The notes under the pieces are model-generated. The model was not told the DNA's origin and did no database searches. It saw only the letters and a list, made by a program, of their open reading frames with translations. A stretch of DNA of 64,000 nucleotides from Dehalococcoidia bacterium UBA2158. GTDB taxonomy: Bacteria; Chloroflexota; Dehalococcoidia; Lucifugimonadales; UBA3495. The first letter of the stretch is position 1; the number at the start of each line of letters is the position of its first letter. Positions 8,680 through 18,159 of this stretch are shown here, piece after piece. The translations under genes were made by a program, and so were the position numbers. The DNA is taken from the NCBI GenBank assembly GCA_002328185.1, contig DCWQ01000029.1:69951-133950 (forward strand). Reading direction: 5' to 3'.

Positions 8680-10296
8680 CTACTCTAAGAAGTCTTTAAG
8701 CTTCCGAGACCGAGACGGGTGGCGTAATTTCCGTAATGCCTTCGCTTCAATCTGACGGATTCTTTCACGGGTCACACCGAACTCACGCCCGACCTCTTCC
8801 AAGGTTCGGCTTCGTCCGTCTTCAAGCCCGAACCGGAGTTCGAGCACCCGTGCCTCGCGCTCGGTCAACGTGTGCAGCACCTCGCCAACCTGCTCCTTAA
8901 GCAGCTGGAAGGATGCAGCATCCGCCGGCGCCAGCGCGTTGCGGTCTTCGATGAAGTCTCCCAGATGGGAGTCCTCTTCCTCGCCGATAGGCGTCTCCAG
9001 TGAGACGGGCTCCTGGGAAATCTTGAGGATTTCCTCAACCTTCTCGGGTCCGATATCCATGGCCAGTCCAATCTCTTCAGGGGTGGGCTCACGGCCGTAT
9101 TCCTGTAGCAACCGGCGGTGTTGACGCATCAGTTTGTTGATGGTCTCAACCATGTGCACAGGGATCCGGATAGTTCGCGCCTGGTCGGCGATGGCCCGGG
9201 TGATGGCCTGTCTAATCCACCAGGTGGCGTAGGTGCTGAACTTGTAACCCTTGCGGTAGTCGAACTTCTCGACCGCACGGATCAGGCCAATGTTGCCTTC
9301 TTGAATCATGTCCAACAGGGCCATACCGCGTCCGATGTATTTCTTGGCAACGCTGACTACCAACCTCAGGTTGGCCTCGGTCAGGCGGGCCTGGGCGCGT
9401 TCAGCCTCGGCATCGATACGACGGAAGTAAGCGCGGAACAGCGGGTCAAGCTCTTGCAGGTCAGTGAAACTGTTCAACTCCGCCAGTTTGGCGTCCAACT
9501 GCTCAAGAGTTGAGTCTTGCAGGACATCGATAGCATCGGGCGGGACCAGCCAGGAACTCAAAGACAAGCCGATCACCTGTTGGTAGACGTCGTCCTGATA
9601 ATCGTTCAGGTCTTCAGCCATGGCCGCGAGCAGGTCAACGGAGACCTGGGCGTCGATGGCGTCCCTGAGTTTCTTGTGGTCCGTTATCTGGGAGACGGTC
9701 AGATTGCTGGGCAAGCCCAGTTGCTCGGATAGCGATTTGACCAAGGGCTCGGCGTTGACCATCCGCTTGAGCAGACCCGCAGCGATCTCCCACGGGCGTG
9801 CCGGGCGACCGTCCAGTCCCTCTAATTCCTCCCGAAGACCTTCAAGATGCTTGCCGCCCTCGATCTTACGGGCCAACGAGCGCTCGTCAGCGGAGGTCAG
9901 CAGGCGGACACGGCCGATTTCGCGCAGATACATGCGTACCGGGTCGTCCAAGACTTCCACAGACTCGGTCTCGGGCTCCCACTCGGGCTCTTCATCGTCG
10001 TCAGAGGAGTCGGTGGGGGAGGGAAGAGAGCTTCCTTCAGTGGCGGTGGCCGTCTCGTTGGCGTCGCCGTCTTTCTCAGCCGTTGCCGTGCCATCCCAAG
10101 CCGCGTCACCGTTGTTGTCGGTGATCGTCGCCGGCCGGGCTCCGGTCATGCCTTCGCCATCGGCACCTTCATCATCACGTCCCGCGTCCACGTTTCGGAG
10201 GATATCCAAAACGGGATTGGGAGAATCCGAATCATCTTGCCGGGATTCTAGAAAATCCTCTGGGGTCAGTTCGTTGGAGCTGTCTCTTCTGGCCAT
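8680..10296 (-). CDS. rpoD: RNA polymerase primary sigma factor (sigma-70 family) with a long acidic N-terminal extension
   Basis: 538 aa. Motifs seen: [11 protein letters not shown] (region 1.2), [50 protein letters not shown] (region 2), and [28 protein letters not shown] (region 4.2). Confidence 0.97.
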   Translation of the reverse strand: MARRDSSNELTPEDFLESRQDDSDSPNPVLDILRNVDAGRDDEGADGEGMTGARPATITDNNGDAAWDGTATAEKDGDANETATATEGSSLPSPTDSSDDDEEPEWEPETESVEVLDDPVRMYLREIGRVRLLTSADERSLARKIEGGKHLEGLREELEGLDGRPARPWEIAAGLLKRMVNAEPLVKSLSEQLGLPSNLTVSQITDHKKLRDAIDAQVSVDLLAAMAEDLNDYQDDVYQQVIGLSLSSWLVPPDAIDVLQDSTLEQLDAKLAELNSFTDLQELDPLFRAYFRRIDAEAERAQARLTEANLRLVVSVAKKYIGRGMALLDMIQEGNIGLIRAVEKFDYRKGYKFSTYATWWIRQAITRAIADQARTIRIPVHMVETINKLMRQHRRLLQEYGREPTPEEIGLAMDIGPEKVEEILKISQEPVSLETPIGEEEDSHLGDFIEDRNALAPADAASFQLLKEQVGEVLHTLTEREARVLELRFGLEDGRSRTLEEVGREFGVTRERIRQIEAKALRKLRHPSRSRKLKDFLE

Positions 10297-10305
10297 TAAG
10301 CCTCC

Positions 10306-12141
10306 TCAACCGGAGATTTCCTGGGCTTGGCCTCTCCGGAGGCCTTCATTTATCTTGATCTGTTTGTTCAACCGTAATATATCTTCGTGCTCGCCTTCCT
10401 CAAGGTCAGGAGGTGACTCGGCGAAGCGTATCACTTCTTCAGATTTTAGGTTTTTTAGGTTGCGCTCTTCCAGGCGGGAGGCCACTTCCAAGAAAGACGC
10501 CTCGCGTCCGTTAACGTCCAATGGTATCAGCGGCTTGTCCGTTAAAGAGCCAAGTTGTGCGGTGACTTCGTCGTCACCATCCCGTTTAACAGCCGCCAAT
10601 GTTTCATCTTTATCCAATCCGGAGCCGGCGTCCAGCCATCTGCTGAACAGTTCCCGGTTTTCATGCCGTTGAAAGTACTCTGGGAGCAGCCCGGCGGCCA
10701 GGTCCCTCAACTCCGGATAGTTCAAAAGTAACTGCAGGCAGTGTTCCTCCACCGGGTCGTGATCCAACTTGGCAAAGGGCGACGCTGCCGTAGCCGCGGG
10801 ACGCGGCTGTTCCTGCCTCCGGGTGCGCCGGGCCACGGATGGGCGGCTCAGGGCAGCCTTCACTGTGTCGATGGGTACACTCAGATTATTCGCCAACAAT
10901 TCAACGGCGTTGGCCTGCTGTATCCCGCCTTCAAGAAGGTGGATGAACGGAGCGGCTTCAGCAACACACCTGGCCTTGCCCTCAGGTGAATCTATATCTC
11001 CCTGACTTGTTATCGCATTGATCCGGAACGTTATCGCCGGGATCGCCGATTCCACCAGCTTCATCCAGTCAGAGGGCGAACGATGGATGACCTCGTCCGG
11101 GTCATGCCCCGGCGGCATGACAATTATTCTGGGGTCGGCGTCGATTGTTTGCGTCGAGCCGTCGGGCCCCCGATGGCTGATCTCTTTGGTCCGGAAGTTT
11201 TCCAGTACCACGTCCAAGCTACGCAATGTAGCGTTCTGTCCGGCGGCGTCTTGGTCCAACGCCATGGTCATCTTGCCGGTCAGACGTCTGATCTCATCCA
11301 CTTGGAACTCGGTCAGCGCGGTCCCCATCTGGGCAACCACGTTCTTGAACCCGGCCTGGTGGGCCGCGATGGCGTCCATGTAGCCTTCTACTATTACAGC
11401 GCCCTCTCTTCTAACGTCGGTGCGGGCCCGGTCCATTGCATATAGGATCCGGCTCTTGTCGAACAATGCCCCTTGGGGCGAGTTCAGGTACTTCGGCTCC
11501 GAACCGTCCAGAGATCTGGCGCCAAACCCCACCAGATTTCCGTGGGCGTCACGGATGGGGAACATCAACCGGCCTCGGAACAAATCGTGGTTTACGCCAT
11601 CATCTCCGGCGCGCACCACCCCGGCGCTTGCCAGTTCTTCCTGCGAGTAACCCTCTCGAATCAGATGGTTCTTGAGCGATTCTCCGTCTGATGGGCTAAG
11701 TCCTATTCCAAAGGCCTCGACCGCCTGTTTGTTCAGTCCCCGTTTCTCCAGGTACTCCCTGGCGGACGCACCTTGAACCGACGCCAGCGTTCGCTGGAAA
11801 AAGGCTCGGGTGTCTTCATTTATCTTGTGGGCAGCTTCGTTTTGGGAGCTCTGTCCCCGCTGGGGCAGCGTAACTCCAGCCTGCTGGGCCATCTGACGCA
11901 GGGCTTCGCCGAACTCCAGATTCTCCGAGCGCATCACGAAGGATAGAACATCACCGCCGATGGCACAGGAGCCGAAGCAACGCCAGGACTGCCGGTCGGG
12001 AAACACGTGGAAAGACGGCGTCCTTTCCTGGTGGAACGGGCAGTTGGCTTTGAAGCTGCGGCCGGAGCGTTGCAGAGGCACTCGCTGCGAGATCACCTCG
12101 ACGATATCCAATCGGCTTTTGACGTCGTCAACGACGGTCAT
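10306..12141 (-). CDS. dnaG: DNA primase
   Basis: 611 aa. Zinc finger CPFHQERTPSFHV..CFGC and Toprim segment VIVEGYMD. It ends 9 nt before the rpoD start, the classic dnaG-rpoD arrangement. Confidence 0.95.
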   Translation of the reverse strand: MTVVDDVKSRLDIVEVISQRVPLQRSGRSFKANCPFHQERTPSFHVFPDRQSWRCFGSCAIGGDVLSFVMRSENLEFGEALRQMAQQAGVTLPQRGQSSQNEAAHKINEDTRAFFQRTLASVQGASAREYLEKRGLNKQAVEAFGIGLSPSDGESLKNHLIREGYSQEELASAGVVRAGDDGVNHDLFRGRLMFPIRDAHGNLVGFGARSLDGSEPKYLNSPQGALFDKSRILYAMDRARTDVRREGAVIVEGYMDAIAAHQAGFKNVVAQMGTALTEFQVDEIRRLTGKMTMALDQDAAGQNATLRSLDVVLENFRTKEISHRGPDGSTQTIDADPRIIVMPPGHDPDEVIHRSPSDWMKLVESAIPAITFRINAITSQGDIDSPEGKARCVAEAAPFIHLLEGGIQQANAVELLANNLSVPIDTVKAALSRPSVARRTRRQEQPRPAATAASPFAKLDHDPVEEHCLQLLLNYPELRDLAAGLLPEYFQRHENRELFSRWLDAGSGLDKDETLAAVKRDGDDEVTAQLGSLTDKPLIPLDVNGREASFLEVASRLEERNLKNLKSEEVIRFAESPPDLEEGEHEDILRLNKQIKINEGLRRGQAQEISG

Positions 12142-12353
12142 CGTCTGCCCTCTTCCCCAGTGAGCCTGACACCACTCGCCTGCCTGTCTGGTTCAACCAA
12201 ATGCTTTGTGGCTCCACTACCCAACAACGGCTTCATTCCGACGCAACTAGGCACGCAGCGCAGAATAGCTCTATTCTATCACGGGGGTTGACATTAAGAC
12301 AGGGAATCACCTTCAGCTAGCCACGGTTATGATGCGGACAGGTTGTAAGGGGT

Positions 12354-13151
12354 TCAGGCCAATTCCCGCTTGCGCTCCAGCATCGTTTCGAGCGAGTCGG
12401 TGACGATCGCGTCTAGCTTGGCAGAGACCATCAGTGCCATGTCCCGGTTGAAGTCTAAATCCCAGGCCAGCACTCGTGCGCCCCCGGTATGGAACCTTCT
12501 GTGCAGTCTGGGGTTGTACGAGTCGTTGGCCGGGTCGTACCAATCGGCCTGGACGAAAGGGCTGAAGATGCGTGAGCGAATCGGAAACGGGTGGCGGCAG
12601 GACCAGATGTATCCCCTAGTGATTCTCGGCTCTATCTTGCGAAGTTCCCACAGCGAGATAGGGTTGAAGCTGGCCACCAGAGTGCTGTCCCACCGGGCGT
12701 GACGCCGAAGGGTTTCCGCCACCCTGTGGGCGATGAGCCTCATCCCTTTCATGATGACTTTCATTTCTACGTTGATCAGAAAGTCCGCCGGCAGAGACTC
12801 GAACACCTCATCCAATGTCGGCGGCCGCTCGTCTTTGAAGACAGGACTGTACCAAGACCCGGCGTCCAACTCGCGGACCTGGTCTTGGGTGGAATGGTTT
12901 ACCGGCCCGTGACCGGTGGAGGTACGTTCCAAGCGGCGGTCGTGGAACACCACCAGCTTTTCGTCCTTGGTCAGCCGCACGTCAAGCTCGATGCCGTCAG
13001 CGCCCAGATCAAGGGCTTTTCTGAAGGCTGGAATGGTGTTCTCAGGGGCGCTGGCGACATCGCCGCGGTGGGCGATTATCAGTGGAAACGGCTGTGATCC
13101 GGGCGGGAAATCCCAGCGTGTGACCCGTTTTGCGCTTCCGCCTTCAGCCAA
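12354..13151 (-). CDS. glycerophosphodiester phosphodiesterase family protein
   Basis: 265 aa with IIAHRGD..APENTIPAFRKALDLGADGIELDVRLTKD, the GDPD signature. Confidence 0.85.
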   Translation of the reverse strand: MAEGGSAKRVTRWDFPPGSQPFPLIIAHRGDVASAPENTIPAFRKALDLGADGIELDVRLTKDEKLVVFHDRRLERTSTGHGPVNHSTQDQVRELDAGSWYSPVFKDERPPTLDEVFESLPADFLINVEMKVIMKGMRLIAHRVAETLRRHARWDSTLVASFNPISLWELRKIEPRITRGYIWSCRHPFPIRSRIFSPFVQADWYDPANDSYNPRLHRRFHTGGARVLAWDLDFNRDMALMVSAKLDAIVTDSLETMLERKRELA

Positions 13152-13283
13152 GTTCGGACCTCAATGCCTAGAGTGCTTCCACCATACCGAGGGCTTGAGT
13201 TGGGTGTCAATGAACGGATTCCCGTGTGAGGAGTAGAATGACTCAGGTCGGGCGGCGGGCACGAAATGGAAGCGCACCCATTT

Positions 13284-13408
13284 GTCATTCGGAGCGCAGC
13301 GAGGAATCCTGTTGCCAGGGGATTGCCGACTGCCTGTTATGCAAGGCAGTAACGCGGTAGCGGTTAGGCAAAGGAATTCCTCGTCGGCTACCGCCTCCTC
13401 GGAATGAC
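13284..13408. repeat. inverted pair of the GTCATTCCGAG-type repeat family with about 63 nt spacer
   Basis: One arm is gtcattcggagcgcagcgaggaatcc (13284..13309). The other arm at 13373..13408 reverse-complements to gtcattccgaggaggcggtagccgacgaggaattcc. The spacer has its own small hairpin, ctgcct..aggcag. Track ORF 13161..13412 is built from these arms. Confidence 0.75.
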
Positions 13409-13499
13409 ACACAGGGTCGGCCTCAAATTCAAACTGGGACGCAGGAGAGTAGTTTATCTTGAATACGCAAGAGTCTGTTCAATGGAGCGCCTAGGCTGA

Positions 13500-14807
13500 A
13501 TGAGACCATTTTCAGGGGTTAGAGGAACTCTGCTGTCGGTGTTGCAGAACGCCGACTTCCGCATCATCTGGTACGTGGGAAGCGTGGGCGAATTTGCCCG
13601 CCGTATGGAGCTGCTGGTCTTAAGCTGGCTGATCCTTCAATTGACTGATTCCTACTTCCAATTGGGCCTGGTGCTGGCCTTCAACAATCTCTCCCGGCCT
13701 ATGACTTCCATGTTCACCGGTTACATCGCCGACCGATTCCCCCGGCGCAATGTGCTGGCGGCCAGCCAGGCGATCAACGTCCTGACCGTGGCTACCCTGT
13801 TGGCGATGATCGCTTACGACTTCGATCTGATCAAGGGATGGCACGTGTTCTCCGTGGTGTTCGTCCAGGGACTGACCAAGTCCATCGAAGACCCGTCCCG
13901 CCGTACCGCAATCTTCGACATCGTTGGTCAAAGGAGGCTGGTCAACGCCCTTTCCCTGGATGTGATCAGCCAGAATATCGGCAAGATGGCCGGTCCCATC
14001 GTGGGCGGGATACTCCTGGGCGCCGCCGGATTCACCGAGGCTTACGCCTTCTTGCTGATGGTTCACGTGATCAACCTAGGCTTGATCACCAAACTCCGAA
14101 TACCCGATTACCAGGGCGTGGCTCAGATCGAGCCCGTGATCAAAAGTTTAAAAGTCGCGGTGGGCTACGCCTGGAATAGCCCAGTGTTGATCGGGTTGTT
14201 CTATATCACCATTGTGATGAACGCACTGGCCTTCCCCGTGCAGCAGTTCATACCCGCCATCGGCCGCGACCACCTGGAAGTTGGTGTGACGTTGGTCGGA
14301 CTGTTAGTCGCCGCAGATGGCTTTGGACAACTAGCCGGGGCGGGAATCATGGCCATCACCCGTGACCTCCGTTACCACGGACGGGTATTCGTGTTGGGTT
14401 CCACGGGAGTCCTGCTGATGGGCATAATTTTCGTCTGGTCGCCGTGGTATGCGCTGACCTTTGGGTTGCTGACCTTAAGCGGCATCGCCCAATCCGGTTT
14501 CTCCACGATGCAGAGCGCCGTCACCATGCTGGCCACGCCCCATGATATGCGGGGCCGGATGATGGGACTGCTCAGCGTGTGCATCGGCGTCGGCACGCCC
14601 CTGGGAGTGCTGGAGATGGGAGCGGTGGCTTCGGCGGTTTCGGTCCAATGGGCCATTTCATTGAATGCATTCGCCGGATTGGTGCTTCTATTGCCGGCCA
14701 TGGCGTTGTCGCCGTTACTTTGGAAACCTCTGGCCCAAGCAGAGTCGGACTCGGAATCGGAGGAAGAACCGAACACGGCCTCTGAACCGCTGCGGGGAGA
14801 GACATAG
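13500..14807 (+). CDS. MFS transporter
   Basis: 435 aa with about 12 hydrophobic segments and a GYIADRFPRR loop motif. It is a paralog of 26485..27753, with similar N-termini (FRIIWYVG.. versus FRLMWAAG..). Confidence 0.85.
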   Translation: MRPFSGVRGTLLSVLQNADFRIIWYVGSVGEFARRMELLVLSWLILQLTDSYFQLGLVLAFNNLSRPMTSMFTGYIADRFPRRNVLAASQAINVLTVATLLAMIAYDFDLIKGWHVFSVVFVQGLTKSIEDPSRRTAIFDIVGQRRLVNALSLDVISQNIGKMAGPIVGGILLGAAGFTEAYAFLLMVHVINLGLITKLRIPDYQGVAQIEPVIKSLKVAVGYAWNSPVLIGLFYITIVMNALAFPVQQFIPAIGRDHLEVGVTLVGLLVAADGFGQLAGAGIMAITRDLRYHGRVFVLGSTGVLLMGIIFVWSPWYALTFGLLTLSGIAQSGFSTMQSAVTMLATPHDMRGRMMGLLSVCIGVGTPLGVLEMGAVASAVSVQWAISLNAFAGLVLLLPAMALSPLLWKPLAQAESDSESEEEPNTASEPLRGET

Positions 14808-14898
14808 TCACGCTGGTTTCCCTTGCCCGCCGTAGGTGGAACCGTTATATTCTGGTTAATTGGTCGCCGAAACGACCCGAAGAAACCCCGGAGAAGAC

Positions 14899-15462
14899 AT
14901 GCAGCGTATCGTAGATTGGCCGGCCCGGATGAAAGAGGTTGCCGACTTCGTGGGCCTGGACCAAGCGGGCCTGGAAACCATCGAGTCGACCCGGGATCTG
15001 GTGTTGTCCAGGGGAGAAGAGATCACCGCGGACGTTTATGACCATTTTCTAACATTTCCCGAGACCCGCCGGTTCTTCGAGGACGAGAATGGAGAGGTCG
15101 ATGACGTCCGCCTAGAACGCCGGAAGCATAGCCTGCTGCGCTTTTTGACAGGCTCGATCGGCTTCAAGATCGACGAAGACTATCCCATTAGACTGCTGGC
15201 CACGGGCATCGTTCACAGCCATCCCCCATCTCACCGGGCTCATATGGGTTCGGTGCCTAGCCGATTCATGGTCGGCTCCATGTCCTTCTTGCAAACGGTC
15301 CTGGCAGACCTATTTCAAGAAGAGCTAAAAGACCCGCGCGAAGCCCACGCCGCGTCGGTGGCCTGGAATAAACTGCTGATGGTCCAGCTAGATATACTTC
15401 AAGCTGGCTACATCAATGAAACCCCGACCGAGGCATCAGAACGCACCCCGGAATCAGAATAA
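14899..15462 (+). CDS. protoglobin / globin-sensor-domain protein (stand-alone)
   Basis: ORF 14860..15462. Start placed at ATG 14899 after GGAGAAG. Pattern is VGLDQAGLETIESTRDLVLSRGEEITADVYDHFLTFPETRRFF...RRKHSLLRFL...H, as in PF11563 sensor globins. Confidence 0.65.
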   Translation: MQRIVDWPARMKEVADFVGLDQAGLETIESTRDLVLSRGEEITADVYDHFLTFPETRRFFEDENGEVDDVRLERRKHSLLRFLTGSIGFKIDEDYPIRLLATGIVHSHPPSHRAHMGSVPSRFMVGSMSFLQTVLADLFQEELKDPREAHAASVAWNKLLMVQLDILQAGYINETPTEASERTPESE

Positions 15463-15489
15463 GAACAAAAAACCAGGAGAGAATTACAC

Positions 15490-15915
15490 ATGGGCAAAGT
15501 GTTGGTGATCCAAGGCGCGGGCATGAATATGAGGGGGAAGGTCCAATTGGAGACGTTCGGACCCATGACCATGGAACAGATGAATGAGCAGATTCTTGGT
15601 TACGCTGAGGGCCTGGGAATGGACATCGAACTGATGCATTCCAATATTGAAGGCGAAGTTGTGAATGCCTTATACGATGCCCACGACCGGGATTTTGACG
15701 CCGCGCTGATAAATCCGGCGGGTTACACGACCACCACCGGTCCCATCAAGGGCGCGATATCCCAGGTGAAGTTCCCCGTGATCGAGGTCCACGCTTCTAA
15801 TCCCACCGCCCGGGGAACGGTCTCTCAGGTGCTGCCAGTCTGCAAGGGCGCGGTTTACGGCTTTGGGGTCTACGGCTACAAGCTTGCCCTGGAAGCGGTC
15901 AAACAGATGCCCTAG
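15490..15915 (+). CDS. type II 3-dehydroquinate dehydratase family protein, divergent at active-site motifs
   Basis: 141 aa with VLVIQGAGMNMRGK...ETFG, HSNIEGE, INPAGYTTTT and IEVHASNP. These parallel the canonical LNGPNLNLLG..EIYG, QSNHEGE, INP.AY.HTS and VEVH.SN motifs. Confidence 0.7.
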   Translation: MGKVLVIQGAGMNMRGKVQLETFGPMTMEQMNEQILGYAEGLGMDIELMHSNIEGEVVNALYDAHDRDFDAALINPAGYTTTTGPIKGAISQVKFPVIEVHASNPTARGTVSQVLPVCKGAVYGFGVYGYKLALEAVKQMP

Positions 15916-15931
15916 GCGCCTGCTTGGAGAG

Positions 15932-16123
15932 TTAGTCACATCTGAAACAGCGGCGCTTCCCAAAGACATCGTCATGAACACCCTTGGTCACAATCAGATA
16001 ATCGATGGCCGCTCGCAGTGTTTTTCCCTCGTCGGCTATGTCGTATTTCTCTTTCATGGAACGAATAAAAGCCATCTGGTCTGTGCTTAATTCGATCTCA
16101 TAGGCTTGTTTGGTGCTCGCCAT
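15932..16123 (-). CDS. small hypothetical protein (63 aa, C-terminal CxxC)
   Basis: GGGAGA RBS lies 7 nt upstream of the ATG. Sequence is MASTKQAYEIELSTDQMAFIRSMKEKY...RRCFRCD. No family recognised. Confidence 0.45.
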   Translation of the reverse strand: MASTKQAYEIELSTDQMAFIRSMKEKYDIADEGKTLRAAIDYLIVTKGVHDDVFGKRRCFRCD

Positions 16124-16152
16124 TTAGCTGTCTCCCGGAATTTAACTGCAAC

Positions 16153-17253
16153 TTAAAAAACGGCGTCCACCACCGCTTGGGATATTTCCGCCAGCCTGGG
16201 AGTGTTGGTCGCTTCGGCCCTGAACCCGTTGGTTATGTAAGCAAAGGCCAGCCCTGAGTCCGGGTTTGCCCAGCCAACAGAAGTCCCCGAACCGGCGTGG
16301 CCAAACGTGCGAATGTCCTCTTTGCCGGGGGCCGCGGAGCGGGGGTCTCCAAGAGACAGCCCCAATGAACGTTTCACCTGGCGGTCCAAACTGTGGTCTA
16401 GTCCCTCGGACTGCTGTTCAGTAACTGCCGCCACCGTTTCCGGCTTCATGGTGGTCACGCCGTCCAACGTTCCGCCACCGGCCATCATGGCGTAAAAACG
16501 GGCTAGGCCACGTGCAGTGGCGATACCGCCGCCGGCTGGTAAGACAGCAGTGTGTACCTCCGGCCGGTTGTAAATCGTCACCTGGCTGGTCCGGTCGCAA
16601 TCCTCCATAGGGTACAATTTGGCCACCCGGACCTCCATGGCCGGGTCGATGCCCAGGTGAAATTCTTCTATGTTTTGTGGACTGGTTATTTCTTCCCGCA
16701 CGAATTGTTCAATGGGACGTCCATCGATCTTGCGTACCAATTCCCCCACGACCCAACCGAAATTACGGGGATGATAAGCGATCACCCGGCCCGGTTTGTA
16801 GTCCAGGGGTATCTGCTCCATGGCCTCGACCGCCGCTTCCCAATCGTGCCAGCGGTCCCAGGTCATGTGACTAGGAGTGTCGGGAAAGCCCGACTCATGG
16901 GTCAACACGTGTTTGATGGTGACGTCTTCCTTGCCCTTCTGGGCGAAGCCAGGCCAGTGGGCGGCGACCTTGTCATTCCAGTCCAATTTACCCCTTTCCC
17001 AAAGGATGTGGAGGCAGGCAGACGTCACGGCCTTGGTGGAGGAATAGAGGACGAACATGGTGTCCTCGGTCACCGGCTTGCCTGATTCTTGGTCGGCCAG
17101 GCCGCTATAGAGGTCCAGGACCGGCAATCCATGCCGGTAAACTGCCAGCGCCGCGCCGGGATGGACTCCAGTCTCGATTTGTTGATTGAATAGCTCTTCC
17201 ACGCGGTTGAGACCCTCGGGGTCCATCTGAGCGTTTTCGGCGGCTACCACCAT
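16153..17253 (-). CDS. serine hydrolase (beta-lactamase / esterase class C-like)
   Basis: 366 aa with an SxxK motif in VLYSSTKAVTS and a typical N-terminus, LNRVEELFNQQIETGVHPGAALAVY. Confidence 0.85.
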   Translation of the reverse strand: MVVAAENAQMDPEGLNRVEELFNQQIETGVHPGAALAVYRHGLPVLDLYSGLADQESGKPVTEDTMFVLYSSTKAVTSACLHILWERGKLDWNDKVAAHWPGFAQKGKEDVTIKHVLTHESGFPDTPSHMTWDRWHDWEAAVEAMEQIPLDYKPGRVIAYHPRNFGWVVGELVRKIDGRPIEQFVREEITSPQNIEEFHLGIDPAMEVRVAKLYPMEDCDRTSQVTIYNRPEVHTAVLPAGGGIATARGLARFYAMMAGGGTLDGVTTMKPETVAAVTEQQSEGLDHSLDRQVKRSLGLSLGDPRSAAPGKEDIRTFGHAGSGTSVGWANPDSGLAFAYITNGFRAEATNTPRLAEISQAVVDAVF

Positions 17254-17316
17254 TGATTGAAATCCTATTATCTTCGTTTTTATTGTGGGGTCGTGGAACT
17301 GTGCCCTGGGCCGGGG

Positions 17317-18114
17317 CTAGATGATATCTACTTCTGCCCCTCCAAGGCCTTCTATCATTATGGAGGCCGTGTCTCCGGGTTTCACGGGCTTGGGCGACAC
17401 GATACTACCGGTGATTATCACCATACCAGCCGACAGACCCGAGCCTTGCTCGGCTAGTTTGTTGGCCAACCAGGCCAGCGGTTCCAATGGATGCCCCATG
17501 ACATCCGAGCCGTGGCCGTCGCCCACTAACTCACCATTGATGGTTATGGAACCGTAAGTGGCTTGCAGGTCCAGGTTCCGCCAATTGGTCACCTGTTCTC
17601 CCATGACGACGCCGGCGTTGAAGATGTTGGCAGCCACACCGGTGATGAAGCCGACCATCGGGTCCACGCCCGGAGTGCGACGGATATCGACTACCTCAAA
17701 GGCGGTCGACAGGGAATCCACCGCTTCTGAAACCCTTCCCCGGTCATAGGGCGCGCCGGTTAGGGGCAGGTCGGCGCCGAGCCGGACGCATACTTCGCAT
17801 TCCAGGGCCAGTTGCACGTAATTAGCGGCGGTGAGGGTTTTGGGAGAATGGTAGATATTGTCTTCCAGCATTACTCCAAGGACCGGATCGCTGACTCCCA
17901 CCGTCTGCTGTAGGGCCTTTGTGGTGTAGGCCAATTTGTAACCGGCGATGGGCCCTTGCTCTTCGGCGACGTGCCTCTGAAATTCTTTTTGGATCAGATA
18001 GGCTTCGTCCAGGTCGACCGGTAACAACCGCTCGTCCAGACAATACAATTGCTTCGTTCTAAATTGGCTTGCCAGGGTGTCGCCTGCCTGCTGAATCTTT
18101 ACGTTTACCGACAT
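17317..18114 (-). CDS. 2-keto-4-pentenoate hydratase-like (MhpD/HpcG, FAH fold) protein
   Basis: 265 aa with AGYKLAYTTKALQQ..., VLGVMLE, ECEVCV and a GDxxS C-terminal pattern typical of hydratase/decarboxylase family members. Confidence 0.75.
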   Translation of the reverse strand: MSVNVKIQQAGDTLASQFRTKQLYCLDERLLPVDLDEAYLIQKEFQRHVAEEQGPIAGYKLAYTTKALQQTVGVSDPVLGVMLEDNIYHSPKTLTAANYVQLALECEVCVRLGADLPLTGAPYDRGRVSEAVDSLSTAFEVVDIRRTPGVDPMVGFITGVAANIFNAGVVMGEQVTNWRNLDLQATYGSITINGELVGDGHGSDVMGHPLEPLAWLANKLAEQGSGLSAGMVIITGSIVSPKPVKPGDTASIMIEGLGGAEVDII

Positions 18115-18159
18115 CTATCCGGCTTCCTTTTAATGCGGACGAATCTCTACATTGGTTAT

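Noticed and set aside
9620-10672. A 350-aa plus-strand ORF antisense to rpoD and the dnaG end.
   Set aside because: It is Ser/Arg/Pro-rich low-complexity sequence with no SD. It lies fully inside two unambiguous essential genes on the other strand, which is typical of a shadow ORF in GC-rich DNA.
13161-13412. An 83-aa minus-strand ORF (MCHSEEAVADEEFL...).
   Set aside because: It is composed of the two repeat arms and their spacer. The same pseudo-peptide pattern arises wherever the repeat occurs.
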